DNA of 32,280 bases from Sulfurimonas sp. (GTDB taxonomy: Bacteria; Campylobacterota; Campylobacteria; Campylobacterales; Sulfurimonadaceae), in NCBI GenBank assembly GCA_003978475.1, contig QNZR01000099.1, forward strand, positions 1-32,280. Reading direction: 5' to 3'. Positions 19,201-23,784 of this stretch are shown here, in pieces; the stretch's first letter is position 1; every line of letters begins with the position of its first letter. The position numbers and the translations under genes were made by a program. The notes beneath the pieces are model-generated. The model was not told the DNA's origin and ran no database searches. It was given only the letters and a program-made list of their open reading frames with translations.

Positions 19201-19373
19201 CCTTCATTCTGGAGCCGGGTGATCCGGAGGTTATGACAAACAACGTACCGATTAAAAAACAGCCCGTAACCGTGCCGACACTGGGTGAATGGGGACGCAT
19301 CTTCATGATACTTGGTATGTTCCTTGTCGCCTGTCTTGGGCTGCAACGCAGACAACAACGCCCAAGCGCGTAA
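10227..19373 (+). CDS. Giant (~3,048 aa) secreted repeat protein: Sec signal peptide, DUF11-like N-terminal domains, 16 SdrD-B/Cna-B-type domains, TSP3-like Asp repeats, IPTL-CTERM sorting signal
   Basis: The track ORF starts at TTG 10212. The ATG at 10227 has a GAGGAGA RBS 6 nt upstream and gives [25 protein letters not shown], a signal peptide with an AxA cleavage site. The frame is uninterrupted for 9.1 kb. Domain-level evidence is listed under the separate features. Confidence 0.9.
   Translation: [3048 protein letters not shown]
10300..12818 (+). other. N-terminal region with DUF11/'conserved repeat domain'-like motifs in the giant protein
   Basis: Recurring motifs [47 protein letters not shown] and [15 protein letters not shown] resemble the xTDxLPxGxxYV core of DUF11 (TIGR01451-like) beta-sandwich repeats. 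Confidence 0.45.
12819..18510 (+). repeat. Array of 16 protein-level tandem repeats (~118 aa each) of SdrD-B/Cna-B-type Ca-binding domains. The DNA copies are diverged, not identical.
   Basis: Each unit opens with (L/I)GDxVWxDxNxNGIQDxGExG(I/V)xGVxVxLxD, e.g. [48 protein letters not shown] ... [16 protein letters not shown]. Each also carries an ...TTTDxxGxYxFxNLxPGxYxVxF core and a [10 protein letters not shown]-type acidic loop. Confidence 0.8.
18589..18870 (+). other. Thrombospondin type-3-like Asp-rich Ca-binding repeats (DxDxDGxxD)
   Basis: [14 protein letters not shown] ... [12 protein letters not shown] ... [41 protein letters not shown]. Confidence 0.6.
19272..19370 (+). other. IPTL-CTERM-type C-terminal sorting signal (PTLxEWG motif, TM helix, Arg-rich tail)
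   Basis: The C-terminus [33 protein letters not shown] matches the tripartite IPTL-CTERM architecture (TIGR04174-type). Confidence 0.7.
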
Positions 19374-19390
19374 GTATGTCTGCTACAATT

Positions 19391-19400
19391 TACATGTAAT
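19391..19400. promoter_or_regulatory. Palindrome TTACATGTAA (AATTTACATGTAATATT) 17 bp downstream of the giant-gene stop, in the convergent giant-gene/bcp spacer
   Basis: Exact decamer copy. There is no downstream gene in an orientation it could promote, so it may mark a looping partner or a boundary site. Confidence 0.4.
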
Positions 19401-19412
19401 ATTGAGGGTTCG

Positions 19413-19883
19413 TTACGCCTGAAGTTCCTTCAGGCGCTCTTTAACTTTGGCAACATGCTCTTTGACCCGTACCTTCTCCCACACCGCTGCCACCTTCCCC
19501 TCAGGGTCAATAATGAGTGTGGTACGGACAATGCCCATATATTCCCGTCCATAATTTTTCTTCAGTTGCCATACGCCGTATTCCTGCATCATCTGCGTGC
19601 TCTCATCACTTAAGAGTGTAATGCCCAAAGCCTTCTTCTCAATAAAATTTCGGTGCTTTTGCGTACTGTCGGCACTCACACCCAAAATCACAGCATCCAT
19701 ATTACTAAACTCCGGCTCTGCCTCGGTAAACTCACACGCTTCGGTGGTGCATCCGGGGGTATTGTCTTTGGGGTAAAAATAGAGCACGACCCACTTGCCT
19801 CGCAAATCTCGCAGACAGATCTCGACATCGTCTTGATTGGGAAGACAAAAATCAGGTGCCTGGTTTCCTACTGGTATCATCAT
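19413..19883 (-). CDS. bcp: Thiol peroxidase Bcp (peroxiredoxin Q/BCP family)
   Basis: 156 aa: APDFCLPNQDD...VVLYFYPKDNTPGCTTEACEF, with the peroxidatic Cys in a TPGCT context. Confidence 0.9.
   Translation of the reverse strand: MMIPVGNQAPDFCLPNQDDVEICLRDLRGKWVVLYFYPKDNTPGCTTEACEFTEAEPEFSNMDAVILGVSADSTQKHRNFIEKKALGITLLSDESTQMMQEYGVWQLKKNYGREYMGIVRTTLIIDPEGKVAAVWEKVRVKEHVAKVKERLKELQA
19418..19436. terminator. Candidate bidirectional stem-loop (GCCTGAAG-ttc-CTTCAGGC) inside the last codons of bcp, a possible terminator for the convergent giant gene
   Basis: A perfect 8-bp stem lies 45 bp after the giant-gene stop and is followed on the + strand by gcTCTTTaac, a weak U-tract. On the minus strand it encodes ...ERLKELQA*. 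Confidence 0.3.
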
Positions 19884-19930
19884 TATTCCTATTAGTTATT
19901 TGTTACACCCTGCTACTATAGCATCAAAAT

Positions 19931-20362
19931 TTAAACCGCAGTTTCATCGATAATATCGATCTTCGTATAGTGTGCCAACAGCATTTCAGCCGCAACACCA
20001 TTGCCATAGCGCACGCATATTTTATCGGCATTCAAGATAGGTGTGGTACCAATACCGCAGCTTGGAGATTTAGATTTTAAAATGATGGCATCAAGGTCAC
20101 GATGGGTTTCTATGAACTGTTGCGTCTGTGCCTGCAACAATACCGTGACATCACGTCCGCTATCATCACCCACAACACGCAACACCGCATCTTCGGCAAT
20201 CACCGAAATACGCTCACGCGGCGTACCCAGAACCGGTGCTTCAGGGCAAAAGAGTACCACCTCACACCCCTCGAACCGCTTTTTTACATGTAAATTTTCC
20301 TGAGACGCTCCGTCGTATCGGCAAACCTCTCCCCACAAACATGCCGAGACGGCAACTTTCAT
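19931..20362 (-). CDS. DUF523 family protein (TudS-like putative 4Fe-4S thiouracil desulfidase family)
   Basis: MKVAVSACLWGEVCRYDGAS... is the DUF523 N-terminal signature. The start overlaps the upstream ALDH stop. An in-CDS copy of TTACATGTAA lies at ~20283-20292. Confidence 0.65.
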   Translation of the reverse strand: MKVAVSACLWGEVCRYDGASQENLHVKKRFEGCEVVLFCPEAPVLGTPRERISVIAEDAVLRVVGDDSGRDVTVLLQAQTQQFIETHRDLDAIILKSKSPSCGIGTTPILNADKICVRYGNGVAAEMLLAHYTKIDIIDETAV

Positions 20363-21774
20363 ACCATAACCACCGACTTAATCTCGGTCATCTCCTCAAT
20401 GGCAAAACGTGGTCCTTCCCGTCCGACACCGCTGAGCTTGACACCGCCGTACGGCTGAATGTCAAAGCGCAGAGTCGGCATATCGTTAATCACAATACCG
20501 CCGGCATCAAGCTCATCAATCGCACGTTGCATGAGGGCCAGATTGTTGGTAAAGACCGAAAACTGCAAACCGTACGGCGAGTGATTCATCCGGGGCAGAG
20601 CATCGTCAAAATTCTCAACTTTAACCAGACTGACAATAGGGGCAAATACCTCTTCACAAACAATGGTCATATCGTCGGTCACATCCGCCATAACGCACGG
20701 GTAGAACATACGCCCCTCACAACGGGGTTCAAGTAGCGGTCGTGCTCCTTCGTCTATAGCTCTTTGCACCCACGAAAACGCACGAAGAGCGGCATCATCA
20801 TCAATCAGCGGTCCCATAAACGTTGCCTCATCATAAGGCGAACCGACAATAAGTTGACGCGTCTCTTCTGCCATTAACATGGCAAATTCATCATAAATTG
20901 CCGCATCAACATAAATACGCTGCAACGAAATGCAAACCTGACCCGAGTTGACAAAAGCGCCCAATGCACATCGCTGTGCCGCATAGGAGAGGTCGGCACT
21001 ACGCTCAACAAAGGTCGCCGCATTGCCGCCCAACTCCAGACTGACCTTTTTGATGCCGGCATTCTTAGCAATAATCTCGCCCACAGGTACCGAACCCGTA
21101 AAACTGATGACGCGCGCAATGTCGCTGCCAATGAGCGCCGAACCCACTTCGGCATCGCCATACACCACACTCAGTGCATTGGGTACGGCATACCTGCTCT
21201 CAATAAAAAGTCTGGCAAATTTGTAGGCTGTCAGCGGTGCTTCAGGGGTAGGCTTGAGCACCACGGCATTACCGGCGACCAAAGCGGGAGCAAGTTTGTG
21301 TGCTACTAAATTAAGCGGAAAATTAAACGGGGTAATGGCCACTACGACACCGACAGGCTCCCGACGAAAAAATGCCATACTCTTGCGCCCGCTGGGCATG
21401 GCATCCGTATTGATGGTCTCACCGTGCATGGTACGCATGGTCTCGGCAGAAAGCCGCACCGTCTCAATACAGCGGTCTACCTCAATGCGTGCAAAGGCAA
21501 TGGGCTTGCCCACTTCATCGGTAATGGTGCGTGCCATCTCCTCACGACATTCCTGAAGCCGGTGTGCTACATCAAGCAGCCATTCACAACGCTGCGCCAG
21601 TGTTGCGCGCTTACAATCTGAGGCGGCGTTTTGTGCCGTACGTAACGCGTTGAGCGCATCCTCCACACTACAGACCGGAGCACGACTGACAACCTCACCG
21701 CTATAAGGACTACGACGTTCACTCCACGTCTGGCGCACTGCCTCGGTTGAACCCAATATGATTTTTGCATCCAT
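20359..21774 (-). CDS. NAD(P)-dependent aldehyde dehydrogenase family protein
   Basis: ALDH hallmarks are present: ELGGNA, the catalytic Cys context NSGQVCISLQR, and the FTGSVPVG Rossmann segment. The track ORF starts at GTG 21777; the ATG at comp. 21772-21774 has an AAAGGAG RBS 5 nt upstream. Confidence 0.85.
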   Translation of the reverse strand: MDAKIILGSTEAVRQTWSERRSPYSGEVVSRAPVCSVEDALNALRTAQNAASDCKRATLAQRCEWLLDVAHRLQECREEMARTITDEVGKPIAFARIEVDRCIETVRLSAETMRTMHGETINTDAMPSGRKSMAFFRREPVGVVVAITPFNFPLNLVAHKLAPALVAGNAVVLKPTPEAPLTAYKFARLFIESRYAVPNALSVVYGDAEVGSALIGSDIARVISFTGSVPVGEIIAKNAGIKKVSLELGGNAATFVERSADLSYAAQRCALGAFVNSGQVCISLQRIYVDAAIYDEFAMLMAEETRQLIVGSPYDEATFMGPLIDDDAALRAFSWVQRAIDEGARPLLEPRCEGRMFYPCVMADVTDDMTIVCEEVFAPIVSLVKVENFDDALPRMNHSPYGLQFSVFTNNLALMQRAIDELDAGGIVINDMPTLRFDIQPYGGVKLSGVGREGPRFAIEEMTEIKSVVMV

Positions 21775-21894
21775 CACTGCTCCTTTGTACCGTTATTTTA
21801 GCGCATTTTAAACAATCAGTTGTATCCACGACAGCGGTCATACGAGGTGCCGCACCGATAACACCGAATTTTTCATCATCATTGACAGCTCCTG

Positions 21895-23124
21895 TCAACT
21901 TCGGATCATATGAATCACCTGCACGAACATCAGCACGCCGCCCACCACCAACAAAGAGACACCCATATCAAAGAGTAGCGGGTTGGCAACCAGCAGTGCC
22001 AAAGTGCTCAGAAACAGACCGCTGCTACTAAAAAAGAACTGGGCACTCGCCAGACGCCGGTTCACCAGTTCGTGCAGCATGGGAACCGCCTGCTCCTCTA
22101 CCAGCGGAGCGTACCGCTGAAACCAGACCAGAAACGGAAGAATCTTGTAAAAATTTCCCAAAATCATAAAACCTGTAAAGCCGACCAAAAGTAGCCACAG
22201 ACCTGGTCGCAGCAGTTCGGAAATACCGAAAAAATGGAGTGCCACAAAGAGCCATGACAGCGCCAGTGATACCGCGGCAACATACATGGAGCGTGCCCAG
22301 ATATCATGCTCTACCCGTGCACGTGATGTCAACATTTGAAACAGTCGGTACCCGAAAAAAGCGACCGAGAACATCACCCATATCATCCCCATCTTCTGAA
22401 GTCCCTCATGAACGAACAGGGCACCGGCAACGGCCAGTATGACACCGGTCAGCATGCTGATAAAACTCATGCCAAAGTCATTGTCGCTAACACGTTTTGA
22501 AGAGCCGAACATGGGCACCAAAATGGTGGCAATACCCATAATGAGCATCATAACAAAACCACCCAGGAGTGCAAAAACATGACTGTTGAACCACGGTGCA
22601 AGCGCCACGGGTGCACCGTTGTAAATAAACGCCATGACCAGACCGCTTAACACACCAAAAAGCAAAAATACATTACTCGCTTTCATGGAACGTGTCACAC
22701 TGGTGTGACGCCCGCCATGTTGCAGTGTCCACCAAAAATCAACAACAAACAGGAGCATGCCCGTCAATACCAGCATACCGCCAAACGGTAAGAACGATGC
22801 CGACAGGTAAAAACCTGAAAGTATCACTATCAATCCCACGACAAGAAACACCCAGATAAGATGAAAAAAACTCAAAAAACGGTGGTTCGCCTCAACAATA
22901 ACCGGTCCCAGCTGTGCCATAGCGGCAATAATACTCATCATGACAAAACCGATCATGTACAAATGCACCCACCCCAGCAGCTGCGCCTGATGCCAGGAAG
23001 CACCGATGTCCAGAAAAAACAGCAACACCATTGCCATCACATATGACAGGCTTGCAACCATGAAATAGGGCGCCATAATGCGCATTGGCGGTGAAAAATC
23101 GGGAGAAACATTCACGTGATGCAA
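21895..23124 (-). CDS. Polytopic integral membrane protein (~12 TM, His-rich), possibly NnrS family. Family call is tentative.
   Basis: 409-aa hydrophobic ORF with many conserved-looking His/Trp in TM segments (NHRFLSFFHL, LPFLVWFQRY). It is divergent from a truncated-haemoglobin gene. The start codon is uncertain: the track uses TTG at 23124, and an in-frame ATG lies at ~23085. Confidence 0.5.
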   Translation of the reverse strand: MHHVNVSPDFSPPMRIMAPYFMVASLSYVMAMVLLFFLDIGASWHQAQLLGWVHLYMIGFVMMSIIAAMAQLGPVIVEANHRFLSFFHLIWVFLVVGLIVILSGFYLSASFLPFGGMLVLTGMLLFVVDFWWTLQHGGRHTSVTRSMKASNVFLLFGVLSGLVMAFIYNGAPVALAPWFNSHVFALLGGFVMMLIMGIATILVPMFGSSKRVSDNDFGMSFISMLTGVILAVAGALFVHEGLQKMGMIWVMFSVAFFGYRLFQMLTSRARVEHDIWARSMYVAAVSLALSWLFVALHFFGISELLRPGLWLLLVGFTGFMILGNFYKILPFLVWFQRYAPLVEEQAVPMLHELVNRRLASAQFFFSSSGLFLSTLALLVANPLLFDMGVSLLVVGGVLMFVQVIHMIRS

Positions 23125-23213
23125 CCTTTTTGTTTTTATTGTATAGCGTTTTGGCTTAAACCACTTTTTATCTTCATCACCCTAGAATAATGAAAAACAA
23201 AATGAGGTGTTGC

Positions 23214-23666
23214 ATGAATTTAGCCATTACTCCCGGAACGCTTGGCGTACGCCCGCCCGTCACCAAGCCGCATCCCGGTTTTTTTTATGAAGTCGGAGAA
23301 GTACGGTTTCGTAAACTTGTCGATGATCACTACGACCTGATTCGTCCCAGTGATATCGGTTTTCTCTTCCCCATTCATGACGATGACGACTTTGATGCCG
23401 CCAAACAGCATGCTGCCGATTTTCTCATTCAGATCTGCGGCGGTCCGGACTACTTTAATCAGACGCGCGGTGAACCGCGTATGGTCGGTCGTCATGCCCC
23501 GTTTCGTATTGACGAAGAGAGCCGCAGACGCTGGCTGGAGTTTTATGCCCAACTGCTGCCCGACCTGATCGACGAGGGAATAACCCCGGAGTACATTCAA
23601 TCTTTTTGGGACTATTTGGACATCTTTTCCATCTGGCTCATTAACACTCCCGGTCACCAAAAGTAG
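23214..23666 (+). CDS. glbO: Group II truncated haemoglobin (HbO/GlbO-like)
   Basis: FLIQICGGPDYFNQTRGEPRMVGRHAPFRIDEESRRRWLEFY closely matches the trHbO signature (GGP..Y...G.PR...RHAPFRI...W). The ATG at 23214 has a GAGGTG RBS 4 nt upstream. The track ORF starts 8 codons earlier. Confidence 0.8.
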   Translation: MNLAITPGTLGVRPPVTKPHPGFFYEVGEVRFRKLVDDHYDLIRPSDIGFLFPIHDDDDFDAAKQHAADFLIQICGGPDYFNQTRGEPRMVGRHAPFRIDEESRRRWLEFYAQLLPDLIDEGITPEYIQSFWDYLDIFSIWLINTPGHQK

Positions 23667-23689
23667 CTTCTTGCAAATACATGTTACAA

Positions 23690-23703
23690 AAATACATGTA
23701 TTT
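23690..23703. promoter_or_regulatory. 14-bp palindrome AAATACATGTATTT (core TACATGTA) upstream of the ilvE operon
   Basis: It is self-complementary. A degenerate half copy ATACATGTTA lies ~12 bp upstream (~23677-23686). A full TTACATGTAA site lies 63 bp downstream (centre to centre). Confidence 0.4.
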
Positions 23704-23754
23704 TGTATTTCCTAATCATTTTTAAACCCCATCTGCGATAGAATATCTCACTTT

Positions 23755-23764
23755 TTTACATGTA
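23755..23764. promoter_or_regulatory. Palindrome TTACATGTAA (TTTTTTACATGTAAAAAAAA) 21 bp upstream of the ilvE ATG, ~11 nt after a TAGAAT -10-like hexamer (~23739-23744)
   Basis: Exact decamer copy flanked by T6/A8 tracts. The TGGAG RBS follows 9 nt later. Confidence 0.45.
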
Positions 23765-23784
23765 AAAAAAATTTGGAGTACTGA

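Noticed and set aside
10335-19358. About 40 antisense or out-of-frame ORFs (60-270 aa) listed inside the giant gene, e.g. 10602..11207(-), 13593..14411(-), 15048..15590(-), 18777..19358(-)
   Set aside because: The sense frame is uninterrupted for 9.1 kb with a coherent domain architecture. The biased Gly/Asp/Thr codon composition depletes stop codons in the other frames, which produces long spurious ORFs with low-complexity, non-protein-like translations.
20043-20736. Plus-strand ORFs 20043..20303, 20102..20293 and 20236..20736
   Set aside because: They lie antisense to the DUF523 and aldehyde dehydrogenase genes, which show strong family signatures on the minus strand.
21882-21898. Hairpin TTGACAG-ctc-CTGTCAA overlapping the stop of the 12-TM membrane protein gene
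   Set aside because: No U-tract follows on either strand, so it is not a convincing intrinsic terminator. It may be incidental.
23220-23660. ORF 23220..23660 (-), 146 aa
   Set aside because: It lies antisense to the truncated-haemoglobin gene, which has a near-perfect trHbO signature on the + strand.
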